A stretch of DNA of 64,000 bases, taken from assembly GCA_963751215.1 (NCBI GenBank), contig CAVVTV010000025.1, forward strand, positions 58,745-122,744, in the 5' to 3' direction. The notes under the pieces are model-generated. The model was not told the origin of the DNA. It saw nothing but the letters and a program-made list of their open reading frames with translations, and searched no databases. Source of the stretch: an uncultured Thermoleophilia bacterium. GTDB lineage: Bacteria; Actinomycetota; Thermoleophilia; UBA2241. This document shows positions 23,256 through 31,965 of the stretch, piece by piece. Numbering within the stretch: position 1 is the stretch's first letter; the number at the start of each line of letters is the position of its first letter. The position numbers were made by a program, and so were the translations under genes.

Positions 23256-26159
23256 TCAGGGTTCCAGACGGGTGGCGAGGAACTCCAGGGGGTGGAGAGC
23301 GCCACAACCGGCAAGATCGCGGATCTGCGCACGGCACGAGGTGCCGGTCGCCAGCACGGCCGTCTGTGCCGGCGCCGCGCGCACCGCCGGCAGCAGCACG
23401 CGCTCGCCCATCGCCACGCTCAGGTCGTAGTGACTCGCCTCGAGGCCGAACACGCCCGACATGCCACAGCAGCCGGCCTCGAGGATCTCGAGATCGAGGC
23501 CGGGAACCCCCCGCAGAGCGGCCGCCGTGGTGCCCGCCAACCCGCCCGCCTTGTCGTGGCAGTGGTCGTGCAGAAGGGCGCGGCCGCCGGCACGGAAGTG
23601 CAGGCGGCCGGCCGCCGCCAGCTCGGCCACCAGGCCCAGCGCAGGTCGTGACGCAGCCGCCACGGAGGCCACCCGCTGGTCCGCGGGCAGCAGACGAAAC
23701 CAGTCGTCTCGCGCCATCGAGAGGCAGCTCGGCTCGATGAACAGGATCTCGCAGCCGCCGGCCACATGGCGGTGCAGCTCCGTCACCGCGGCCGCCGCCA
23801 TGGCGCGAGCCTTGTCGATCTGTCCGCAGGAGAGCGCCGTGCGACCGCAGCAGCCGGCATCTACCAGGGCCAGATCCACCTGCGCGGCGCGCAGAAGCGT
23901 GGCCAGCGCCTCGCCGATGCCCGGCTCCTGATACTGCACGAAACAGTCGACGAACAGGGCGGCAGCGGCCGGCGACGGCGCGGACCTCCCGTCCAGCCGC
24001 CGGGTGAGCGGGCGACGGGCGAAGGTGGGGAGCGGCCTCTGATGAGCGACCCCGAGGCGGTCGGTGAGAGCTCGCGCGGCCCTCGTGGTAGCCAGCGCGT
24101 TCACGAGCGGAGCGGCCCGCGACGCCAGGCCCGCCAGGCGGCGGAACTCGCCGATACCACGCGCCAGCGCCGGCACGCCAGCCCGGGCGCGAACCTCGGC
24201 GAGCCACTCCACCTTGAGCGCGGCCATGTCTACTCCGGCCGGGCACTCCGTCTTGCAGGCCTTGCAGGCCACGCACGTGCCGAGCACCTCCTGGAACTCA
24301 TCTTCGGTGATGTCGGCCAGAGGTACGGCGCCGCAGAGCACCCCCTGCAAGGCGTTGGCCCGCGCCCGCGTGCTGTGCGGCTCGCGACGCTCCACCATGG
24401 CCGGCGGGCACATGGTGCCGCTGAGCTTCTTGCACAAGCCGGCACCGAAGCACTTCTCTACGGCCAGATCGAAGCCGCCCTCGGGGACATAGGCGAGGCG
24501 CGGCGCCCAGGCGCCGTTACCACGGTAGTCGGCGCCGAAACGCAGCGACTCGGCGACGCCCCCGCCGCCCACGATGGTCCCCGGCCCTAGGAGTCGCCGT
24601 GGGTCGAAGGCATCTTTGGTCGCCACCATGGCCGCGTACAGATCGGCGCCCAGCAGCTCCGGCAGAAACCAGCTTCGCGAGCGGCCGCAGCCGTGCTCGC
24701 CGGAGATAGCGCCGTGGTACTGGGCGACCAGGTGCCCCACGCGCTCCGCGAGCACCTCCATGCGGCGCACGCCGGCGGCCGTCTTCAGGTCGAGCAGCGG
24801 CCGCACGTGCATGCAGCCGGCCGAGGCATGTCCGGTAAACGAGGCCCGCGCGCCCTCGGCCGCCACGAGCTGCTCGAGCTCGCCGACAAACCCGGCGAGC
24901 CGCTCGGGGGCCACCGCCACGTCTTCTACGAAGGACGCCGGGCGCTCCGCACCCGGCGCACCCATGAGCAGAGGCAGCACCGCGCGGCGCAGGGCCGTGG
25001 CCTCGGCAAGAGCGGCCGGATCCTGCAGCCAGACTGTCTGAACCGCGCCCAGCTCGCCGGGGGCGCCGGTGGCGGCGGCAGCCTGCCCGATGAGCGCCCG
25101 TAGCCTGCCCAGCCCATCCTGCGCTTCGTCCTCACTGCCCTGGTACTCGACGGTGAGCATGGCGCGCTCGCCGCCGGCCAGCAGCGGGGCCATACGCGCG
25201 TAGACGGCGAGGTTGGGGGCGGCCCGCAGCGGGTCGAGATCGAGCACCTCCACCGCCGACGGGCCGGTGCTCAGGATGGCGAGGTTCGCCTCGAGCGCGG
25301 CGCGCAGCGTGGCGAACGTGAAGGCACACCCTACGCGTCGCGCCGGCCGCGCGTCGAGGGCGACCTCGATCTCGGTGAAGAGTGCCAGGGTACCCTCCGA
25401 ACCGGCCAGTACCCTGGCAAGGTTCGGCTCCGGACCCAGCAGCTCGCGCAGGTTGTACCCAGACGTGCAACGCCTGGTGTGCGGGTACCCTGTGGCGATG
25501 GGCCGGCGGTACCGCTCGCGGATCTCGGTGAGCGACGCCGCGCGCTCCCTCGCGCCCGGTCCGCGCAGCCCGCTCTCGAGGTCGCTCCCGCGGCACTGCC
25601 CCAGCCTCAGCAGCTCGCCGCCGGCCAGCGCCGTCGTGACCCTCAGCACCTTGTCCTTGGTCTCACCGTACACGATGGATCGCGATCCCGATGAGTTGTT
25701 GCCTACCATCCCGCCGATGGTGGCCTGATCGACGGTAGACGTGTCGGGGCCGAACTCCAGGCCGTACTGCGCCGCGACGCCGTTGAGCGACGCCTGAATG
25801 ACCCCCGGCTGCACGCGCGCCGTGCGTGTTTCGGGGTCTACGGCAAGCACGCGATCGAGCTGGAAGCAGTCGACCACGATGCCGGGGCCCACGGCCTGCC
25901 CCGAGACGCTGGTGGCCGCCCCGCGTGCCACCAGCGGCACACCGTGCTCGGCCGCCACCGCGGCCGCCACGAAGAGGTCTTCTACCGCCCCGGCGACGAG
26001 CACCGCGTCGGGCACCACCCTGTACACGGAGGCGTCGGTTGAGTACAGCCAGCGCGAGAGCGACGAGGTAGACACCGAACCGGCGACGCCGCGCCGCAGC
26101 GCTTCGGCGGCGGCGCGGCCCTGTGGGGTGACCTCGGGGATGCGATGACGCGCACTCAT
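23256..26159 (-). CDS. FAD-linked oxidase fused to Fe-S/CCG domains (YdiJ / GlcD-GlcF-fusion type 2-hydroxyacid dehydrogenase)
   Basis: 967 aa; N-terminal PCMH FAD-binding domain (...VARGAATSVSGQAV...), central ...CVACKACKTECPAGVDM..., C-terminal cysteine-rich (CCG) repeats ...GCCGRT... / ...GCCGMSG... Confidence 0.85.
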   Translation of the reverse strand: MSARHRIPEVTPQGRAAAEALRRGVAGSVSTSSLSRWLYSTDASVYRVVPDAVLVAGAVEDLFVAAAVAAEHGVPLVARGAATSVSGQAVGPGIVVDCFQLDRVLAVDPETRTARVQPGVIQASLNGVAAQYGLEFGPDTSTVDQATIGGMVGNNSSGSRSIVYGETKDKVLRVTTALAGGELLRLGQCRGSDLESGLRGPGARERAASLTEIRERYRRPIATGYPHTRRCTSGYNLRELLGPEPNLARVLAGSEGTLALFTEIEVALDARPARRVGCAFTFATLRAALEANLAILSTGPSAVEVLDLDPLRAAPNLAVYARMAPLLAGGERAMLTVEYQGSEDEAQDGLGRLRALIGQAAAATGAPGELGAVQTVWLQDPAALAEATALRRAVLPLLMGAPGAERPASFVEDVAVAPERLAGFVGELEQLVAAEGARASFTGHASAGCMHVRPLLDLKTAAGVRRMEVLAERVGHLVAQYHGAISGEHGCGRSRSWFLPELLGADLYAAMVATKDAFDPRRLLGPGTIVGGGGVAESLRFGADYRGNGAWAPRLAYVPEGGFDLAVEKCFGAGLCKKLSGTMCPPAMVERREPHSTRARANALQGVLCGAVPLADITEDEFQEVLGTCVACKACKTECPAGVDMAALKVEWLAEVRARAGVPALARGIGEFRRLAGLASRAAPLVNALATTRAARALTDRLGVAHQRPLPTFARRPLTRRLDGRSAPSPAAAALFVDCFVQYQEPGIGEALATLLRAAQVDLALVDAGCCGRTALSCGQIDKARAMAAAAVTELHRHVAGGCEILFIEPSCLSMARDDWFRLLPADQRVASVAAASRPALGLVAELAAAGRLHFRAGGRALLHDHCHDKAGGLAGTTAAALRGVPGLDLEILEAGCCGMSGVFGLEASHYDLSVAMGERVLLPAVRAAPAQTAVLATGTSCRAQIRDLAGCGALHPLEFLATRLEP

Positions 26160-26177
26160 GGCCTCAAGAATACCGCC

Positions 26178-26897
26178 TCACAGCCCGCCCGGGTCGAACA
26201 GAGGCAGCCAGCCGCCCAACCGAGCGAGCACACCGAGCATCATGAGCGCGCCGAACACGACGAGCAGAGCCCCGGCCGCAACCTGGATGGCGCGGTAGTG
26301 CCCCTTGACCGCCCGCAGCCGCACCGCCACCCGGTCAAAGGCCAGTGCGGCGGCCACGAACGGGACGCCCAAGCCGGCAGAGTAGACGAGCAGCAGGAGT
26401 GATCCCGAGGCAGCACTCTGGCTCGAGGCGGCCATAGAGAGGATAGCGCCGAGAACGTAGCCCACGCAGGGTGTCCAGCCGACCGCCAGAGCCGCGCCGG
26501 TGAAATAGGCTCCGCCCGCACCGGCGTGCTTGGGCGTCACGCGCATGACCGGCTTGGGCAAGGGTATGGCACCCGCCACCACCAAGCCGCTGAACACGAT
26601 GAAGGCACCGGCGACGATGGTCAGCTCTCGGCGGTGGCGAATCAGCAACCGGCCCACACCGCCGGCGCCGGCCCCCATGAGCATGAACACGGTCGTGAAG
26701 CCCGCCACGAACAGCAGCGAGGTCCAGAGCAGGCGACCCCGCGAGCCACCGAGCCGCCGTACCCCTACCCCCGAGATGAACGAGAGGTAGACCGGCAGCA
26801 GCGGCAGCACGCAGGGTGAGACGAACGACAGCAGGCCGGCCACGAAGGCAAGGCCGACGGCCGACACGCTGAGAGAGCTGATCTGAGCGGCGACCAC
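26178..26897 (-). CDS. ccdA: Cytochrome c biogenesis / thiol-disulfide transporter CcdA (DsbD family)
   Basis: 239 aa, 6 TM; ...FVSPCVLPLLPVYLSFISG... and ...GWTPCVGYVLGAIL... Confidence 0.85.
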   Translation of the reverse strand: MVAAQISSLSVSAVGLAFVAGLLSFVSPCVLPLLPVYLSFISGVGVRRLGGSRGRLLWTSLLFVAGFTTVFMLMGAGAGGVGRLLIRHRRELTIVAGAFIVFSGLVVAGAIPLPKPVMRVTPKHAGAGGAYFTGAALAVGWTPCVGYVLGAILSMAASSQSAASGSLLLLVYSAGLGVPFVAAALAFDRVAVRLRAVKGHYRAIQVAAGALLVVFGALMMLGVLARLGGWLPLFDPGGL

Positions 26898-26915
26898 GCG
26901 GCGATCGTCCCCGGA

Positions 26916-27416
26916 TCACCGGGTCTTGGCCAGACCGGCCTGAAAACGCTCGAGGCTGGCCGCGCCGACGATGCGGTCTACCTCCCGACCGCGGGCGTTG
27001 TAGAAGATGGTCGTCGGCACGCCCTGGATGCCCCAGCTTGCGCTGAGCCGGCCGTCGTCGAGCACCACGGGATAGCCGAGCCCATACTTGCCCATGAAGC
27101 TCCTCACGCCGCCCGCGGTGTCGCTGGTCGCCACTCCCACGAAGGCAACCTGAGGGTTGGCCTTCCAGAACGTCGCCAGATCGGGGGCCTCTGCGTTGCA
27201 GTATTCGCACCATGAGCCGAACACGTTCACCACGAGCGGCTTACCGGCGTAGGTGGCCACGCTGAACTGGCCAAGGGGGATGAACCGCACGGCGGCCGGC
27301 GCGGCGGAGCCGACGGCCGGGGTGGCGGAGGTGGAGCTACCGCAGGCGCCGGCGCCGAGCACCACTAGCGCGAGCACGAAGACCATGAGCGACTGCCGGA
27401 ACTCTCGAGTGCGCAT
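26916..27416 (-). CDS. Secreted thioredoxin-like thiol:disulfide oxidoreductase (ResA/TlpA family)
   Basis: 166 aa; signal/lipoprotein-like N-terminus ...VLGAGACGS..., active site FGSWCEYC; SD GAGGGGAG upstream; adjacent to ccdA. Confidence 0.85.
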   Translation of the reverse strand: MRTREFRQSLMVFVLALVVLGAGACGSSTSATPAVGSAAPAAVRFIPLGQFSVATYAGKPLVVNVFGSWCEYCNAEAPDLATFWKANPQVAFVGVATSDTAGGVRSFMGKYGLGYPVVLDDGRLSASWGIQGVPTTIFYNARGREVDRIVGAASLERFQAGLAKTR

Positions 27417-27515
27417 GCGCTCCCCTCTTCTCGGGCAACGAGCGTGAGACGCTTCAGCGCCTCAGCGATAGCATACACAGGGCCGGCGTTGGCCGCCCGC
27501 TGCGCCCGTGCTATG

Positions 27516-27531
27516 ATACCCCACGGGGTAT
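27516..27531. promoter_or_regulatory. 7-2-7 inverted repeat ATACCCC-AC-GGGGTAT overlapping -10-like boxes (candidate operator)
   Basis: ctATGATACCCCACGGGGTATATg; TATGAT at 27512-27517. Lies in the divergent region between the resA-like gene (-) and the fmdB-like gene (+). Confidence 0.3.
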
Positions 27532-27555
27532 ATGTTTCGCGACACGAGGAGGGCG

Positions 27556-27756
27556 ATGGCTTCCTACGACCTGATCTGCGAAGACTGCGGCACTGCCTTT
27601 GAGGTGTTCCGCCAGGGCTTCCTCAGAGACGACGACAAGGTGTGCCCGCACTGCGGGTCGGCCGAGGTTCGGCAGAAGTTCTCGAGCTTCCTGCACAGCC
27701 TCGGTTCGCCCTCCCGCGGTGGCTGCGCGGCGCCCAGCGGCAGCTCGTTCGGCTGA
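27556..27756 (+). CDS. FmdB-family zinc-ribbon protein (CxxC...CxxC)
   Basis: Trimmed to ATG 27556 with SD GAGGAGGG; MASYDLICEDCGTAFEVFRQGFLRDDDKVCPHCGSAEVRQKFS... Confidence 0.7.
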   Translation: MASYDLICEDCGTAFEVFRQGFLRDDDKVCPHCGSAEVRQKFSSFLHSLGSPSRGGCAAPSGSSFG

Positions 27757-27818
27757 GGCTGATCTCACGCGGCGCGGTCGCGCCGCAGGCCCATCGTTCT
27801 CGCTGCCGTCCACTCTGA

Positions 27819-27824
27819 TAGCAT
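27819..27824 (+). promoter_or_regulatory. Extended -10 box TGaTAGCAT, 7 nt upstream of the galE ATG (leaderless)
   Basis: ctcTGaTAGCATctccgtcATGaac; no SD. Confidence 0.4.
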
Positions 27825-27831
27825 CTCCGTC

Positions 27832-28809
27832 ATGAACGTCGTGGTCACGGGCGGAGCCGGCTACATCGGCAGCATCATCGCCGCGCGCCTCCTCGGGCGC
27901 GGTCATGCCGTGACGGTGTACGACGATCTGTCGCGTGGCCACCGCGTGGCCGTGCCCGGCGGCGCGGCGCTCGTGCAGGGCGACATTCGCGACGCGACTC
28001 GCCTGGCGGCGGCGCTGCGCGACGCCGGCGGCACGGCGATCATCCACATGGCTGCCCTGGCCGAAGTGGGCGAATCGGTGACCGCGTCCGAGCGCTACCA
28101 CGACGTGAACGTGCTCGGCACGGCGGCCGTGATTGCGGCGGCCGAGGCCGCCGGGGTCGGCCGCCTCGTCTTCTCGTCTACGGCCGCCGTGTACGGGGAG
28201 CCCTCGCGCCTGCCCATCGACGAGCACGACGCTCTGGCGCCCACCAATCCGTACGGCGAGACCAAGCTCGCCGGTGAGCGCCTGCTCGAGCAAGCCCGCG
28301 AGGCCGGCGCTCTGGCCTTCACGGCGCTACGCTACTTCAATGCCTGCGGCGCCGACGGCGAGCGCGGCGAAGACCACTCCCCCGAGACGCACCTCATTCC
28401 GCTGGCCTTGCGCGCCGCCCGCGACGGCGTGCCGCTCAAGGTATTCGGCGGCGACTACCCAACCCCCGATGGCACCTGCCTGCGCGACTACGTGCACGTG
28501 GCCGATCTGGCCGACGCCCACATTGCCGCCCTCGAAGCCCTGCCGCACGTGCAGGGGGCGTTCAACCTGGGCACGGGGAAGGGCGACTCGGTGCGCCGCG
28601 TGCTGGCGGCGGTGGCCGGCGCCACCGGGCGCGAAGTGCCGTGCGAGGTGGTGAGCCGGCGGGCCGGCGATCCGCCGGTGCTCGTCGCCAGCCCCCGCTT
28701 GGCCGGGTCACGCCTCGGCTGGCGCCCCCGGCGCACGCTCGAAGACGCGGTGCGCGACGCCTGGACGTGGATGGAGGCGCATCCGCGGGGCTACGCAGAC
28801 GCGGGTTGA
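27832..28809 (+). CDS. galE: UDP-glucose 4-epimerase
   Basis: 325 aa; MNVVVTGGAGYIGS..., ...YGETKLAGE... (YxxxK), ...LRYFNACGAD..., ...RDYVHVADLADAH... Confidence 0.9.
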   Translation: MNVVVTGGAGYIGSIIAARLLGRGHAVTVYDDLSRGHRVAVPGGAALVQGDIRDATRLAAALRDAGGTAIIHMAALAEVGESVTASERYHDVNVLGTAAVIAAAEAAGVGRLVFSSTAAVYGEPSRLPIDEHDALAPTNPYGETKLAGERLLEQAREAGALAFTALRYFNACGADGERGEDHSPETHLIPLALRAARDGVPLKVFGGDYPTPDGTCLRDYVHVADLADAHIAALEALPHVQGAFNLGTGKGDSVRRVLAAVAGATGREVPCEVVSRRAGDPPVLVASPRLAGSRLGWRPRRTLEDAVRDAWTWMEAHPRGYADAG

Positions 28810-28842
28810 CGATCGCGAGGGCCGCCAGCCGCGGCGGCGGGC

Positions 28843-29262
28843 TCAGTGAGTCGCGGTCGAAGGCGCCAGCGACTCTAGCGTTACCGAACCGAGGACTTCC
28901 ATGAGCCTGGCCTGGGCGAGCACCCAGACCTTGTGCACCTGGCAGTCGCCGTTACGTTCGCAATCCTCGGGCCACGGCACGCACTGGTTGAGCCGGATTG
29001 GTCCGTCCACAGCCTCTACCACATCGCGCATCGTGATCTCGCAAGCCGGCCGTGCCAGGGCGAAGCCACCGTGCGCGCCACGCTGCGACGCGGCGAGGCC
29101 GGCACGCACGAGGCTCTGCAGGATCTTGGCCAGGAAGCTCTCGGGGATCTCCTGCGTCTGGCCGATGTCGTGCAGCGACACAACGTGCCCGTCGGGAAAC
29201 CGCGCCATATACGTCATCGCGCGAACTGCGTACTCACCGCCACGCGTGAGCTGGAGCCCCAT
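28843..29262 (-). CDS. Rrf2-family transcriptional regulator with three-Cys cluster motif
   Basis: 139 aa; MGLQLTRGGEYAVRAMTYMA...IPESFLAKILQSLVRAGL...GGFALARP...; C-x7-C-x5-C (CVPWPEDCERNGDC); SD GGGAGG upstream. Confidence 0.9.
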   Translation of the reverse strand: MGLQLTRGGEYAVRAMTYMARFPDGHVVSLHDIGQTQEIPESFLAKILQSLVRAGLAASQRGAHGGFALARPACEITMRDVVEAVDGPIRLNQCVPWPEDCERNGDCQVHKVWVLAQARLMEVLGSVTLESLAPSTATH

Positions 29263-29546
29263 CGCACCTCCCTTTCGGCCAGGGATAGGACTGAAACGGT
29301 CCTGTTCACTCTAACTTCGCGCTCCAGCGGCGTCAAACGCAGAACCGCGACAAGGCCACCGCGAGCACGCGCCGGCGTGGTCGCCGCCGTCGTATTAAGT
29401 GGCGGTTAAGCTTGGTTAGGTGCCGTCGAGAGACTCCCGTGGCGCGCCCGTGAAGACCTCGGTTTGCGGGCAAAACGCGGTCGTAACCGGGGTAGTCCGG
29501 TGCTATTCTGCCAATCATCCGGGCGTCACCCACGAAGGGGAAGAGC

Positions 29547-30185
29547 TTGAAGAAGCGCTACGTCGTAGTGGTCGGCCTCGGCGTCGCGACGCTGGTCGCC
29601 GTCACGATCGTCGCAGTGGGAACGGGAACGGGCCCCAACCCGACCACGGTGGGCATTACGCCGCCCCCATCGCAGAGTCCATCGTCGCCCGCTGGGCTGA
29701 CGGCGAGCCCGAGCGCGTCCCCTACACCCCCGGCGGCCCAGGCGCTCCTGCACACGATCGCGCAGCTACAGCGCAAGCGCGCCGCCGACCCCGACGATGT
29801 GACGGTGCTTCTCGCGCTCGGAGACGCCGATTTTGCCGGGCAGCGCTACCGTGCGGCCGCGCAGGCGTATCAGCAGGCCCTCGTCATCAAGCCGGCGAAT
29901 GCCACGGCCTCCGTGCGCCTGGCCATGGTGTGGCACGCGGAAGGTCAGTCAGAGCAGGCCATGAAGGCGATCAAGGCCGTGCTCGCCCGGACCCCTGCCG
30001 ACCAGGAAGCCCACTACTCTCTGGCCATCGTCTACTTCTCCCTGAATCGCGCCGCCGACGCCCGCAGTGAGTGGGCCACGGCCTACAGCATCGACCCCAC
30101 ATCCGTCATCGGACGCGCCTCAGAGAGCTTCGTCAAACTGCTGGACGGCACCCAAACGGCAGAGCCCCGCGCCGACGGGGATTAG
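29547..30185 (+). CDS. Membrane-anchored TPR-repeat protein with Pro/Ser-rich linker
   Basis: TTG start with SD GAAGGGGA; N-terminal TM, then ...LLALGDADFAGQRYRAAAQAYQQALVIKP... TPR-like repeats. -10-like TATTCT at 29503-29508. Confidence 0.6.
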   Translation: MKKRYVVVVGLGVATLVAVTIVAVGTGTGPNPTTVGITPPPSQSPSSPAGLTASPSASPTPPAAQALLHTIAQLQRKRAADPDDVTVLLALGDADFAGQRYRAAAQAYQQALVIKPANATASVRLAMVWHAEGQSEQAMKAIKAVLARTPADQEAHYSLAIVYFSLNRAADARSEWATAYSIDPTSVIGRASESFVKLLDGTQTAEPRADGD

Positions 30186-30251
30186 CCACCGCGGGCGGGC
30201 GAACGTGTGGTGAGCCGCAGGCGCACCGCACACCAGCCACCGCGGGCGGGC
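30184..30251. repeat. 17-bp perfect direct repeat flanking an imperfect hairpin in a convergent intergenic region
   Basis: agccaccgcgggcgggc at 30184-30200 and 30235-30251; between them gtgtggtg-agccgcaggcg-caccgcacac. Confidence 0.85.
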
Positions 30252-30257
30252 TACCGT

Positions 30258-30806
30258 TCACACCACCGTCGCGCCCAGCACATCGCGGATGTGCGCGAGG
30301 GCAAAGCGGTTGATCTCGTCGGCGTCGTGCTCGGGGCCGTCGTACGTTTCCACCAGGTCGCGGTGCAACATGACCTGGTAGCCGCGCAGGCGGAGATCGT
30401 ACACGGTGTGCAGCACGCAGATGTCGGTGCACACCCCGGCCACCTCCACCAGCTCCGGCGCAAGGCGTGCCAGCACCTCGGCCAGGTCGGTTCCCAGGAA
30501 GCTCGAGTACGTGTGCTTGCGCACGACCGTACCGCGCGCGGCGAGCGGAGCCAGCTCGGGGACGATCTCGTCTTCGCCAGACCCCTCCACGCAGTGTGCC
30601 GGGAACATAGCGAACTCGGGATCGTCTGCCGTATGGGTGTCGACGAGGAAGACCACGTCCGCGCCGGACTCCTGCTCGCGCAGCAGGTAGTCACGCAAGC
30701 GCGACGTGATGGTGTCCAGCCGCGCGCTCGCCAGGTTACCCTCGCGACAGAATCCGTTGAGCATGTCGATCACCAGGATCGTCTTGCGCGGGGTGTTATT
30801 GCTCAT
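30258..30806 (-). CDS. pncA: Isochorismatase-family hydrolase, probable nicotinamidase
   Basis: Trimmed to ATG 30806 (MSNNTPRKTILVIDMLNGF...VFLVDTH...GVCTDICVLHTV...); 26 nt downstream of the NAPRTase gene. Confidence 0.7.
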   Translation of the reverse strand: MSNNTPRKTILVIDMLNGFCREGNLASARLDTITSRLRDYLLREQESGADVVFLVDTHTADDPEFAMFPAHCVEGSGEDEIVPELAPLAARGTVVRKHTYSSFLGTDLAEVLARLAPELVEVAGVCTDICVLHTVYDLRLRGYQVMLHRDLVETYDGPEHDADEINRFALAHIRDVLGATVV

Positions 30807-30832
30807 GCCCGGGTGATACCCGGGAGCACGCC

Positions 30833-31930
30833 TCAGCCCACACGCTCGAGACGCGGGCTGGGGCGGTAGCTGCGGCCCGTCTTGGCGCACGGCGCGCCGT
30901 CGACGCGCACCACGTCGGCCGTAAAGTCCGCCACACCGCGCAGCAGGCTGCTGCCCACACCATAGGCGTCGGCCGGCACCCCCGCCGCTTCAAAAGCGGC
31001 GATGCGCTCGGCAGTGAATCCGCCGCTGACGACGATCTTGACACGCTGGAACCCCTCGCTGTCGAGAGCACGGCGCACCTCGTGCACCAGCTCGGGCGCC
31101 ACTCCGTTGGGCCGGAACTGGCCCATCATGGCCCAGAGCGAGCGATCTACGAGCGTCTCCGCGGTGTCGAGGCGCACGCCCCAGAGGCGCTCGCCGAGAG
31201 CCCGGGCACAGGCCAGGCTGGTGGCCGCGCAGTCGTTGTCGAAATCGACCAGCGCCGTGACGTTGATCTCCGGGTAGTACACGTCGGCGAAACGCCGCGT
31301 GGCCTCTACGGTGTCGCCACCGCAGGCCGCGATGAGGCCGTGTGGTACGGTGCCGATACCCTTGCCTCCCCACCAGGAGGCCTGCGCGTCAGTGCTCACG
31401 CCGATGGCACCGGCCACCTGAGCGGCGTAGCCGTCGCCGGTCTGCACCCGGTAGTGGTCGAAGCGCGCCGGAAAGAAGAGGATCGGCTTCTCGCCGGCGG
31501 CCTCCACCACACGCCGCACGTTGGTGCTGATGAGCGTGCGCCGCGTGAGCGCCCCCAGATAGACCGTCTCGAGGTGAGCGAACAGGCTGTAGTCGCCCTC
31601 GATGAGCATGACCGTCTCCCAGGCGCTCACCTCGTCGCCGTCGTAGAGCGCCAGCACCTCGAGCTTGTCCCACCCCTCTTCCCAGCGCCGCGCGGCACCC
31701 TCGCCGACGTATCTCCCGGCGCAGACCTTGAGCATGGCGAGCGCCTCGTCCATGCCGCCCAGAATGGCCCGCTCCTGCTTCTGAAAGATCTGCATAGTCA
31801 CGCGAGGGTTCAGGTTTTGAGCCTCGAGCACGCCCTTGGAGAAGTTGAAGTAGGCGTCCGAGTAGTAGCCCTCCCGCATGCGCTCGACGGGCAGGGCGAA
31901 GACCTCGGGCGGCAGACGCGTGCGCGACAT
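30833..31930 (-). CDS. pncB: Nicotinate phosphoribosyltransferase (short archaeal/Gram-positive type)
   Basis: Trimmed to ATG 31930 (MSRTRLPPEVFALPVERMREGYYSDAYFNFSK...GTVPHGLIAA...VDFDNDC...GVRLDT...). Confidence 0.8.
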   Translation of the reverse strand: MSRTRLPPEVFALPVERMREGYYSDAYFNFSKGVLEAQNLNPRVTMQIFQKQERAILGGMDEALAMLKVCAGRYVGEGAARRWEEGWDKLEVLALYDGDEVSAWETVMLIEGDYSLFAHLETVYLGALTRRTLISTNVRRVVEAAGEKPILFFPARFDHYRVQTGDGYAAQVAGAIGVSTDAQASWWGGKGIGTVPHGLIAACGGDTVEATRRFADVYYPEINVTALVDFDNDCAATSLACARALGERLWGVRLDTAETLVDRSLWAMMGQFRPNGVAPELVHEVRRALDSEGFQRVKIVVSGGFTAERIAAFEAAGVPADAYGVGSSLLRGVADFTADVVRVDGAPCAKTGRSYRPSPRLERVG

Positions 31931-31965
31931 GGCGCGATTGTATACCTCTGCCTGCCGCCGCGAGC

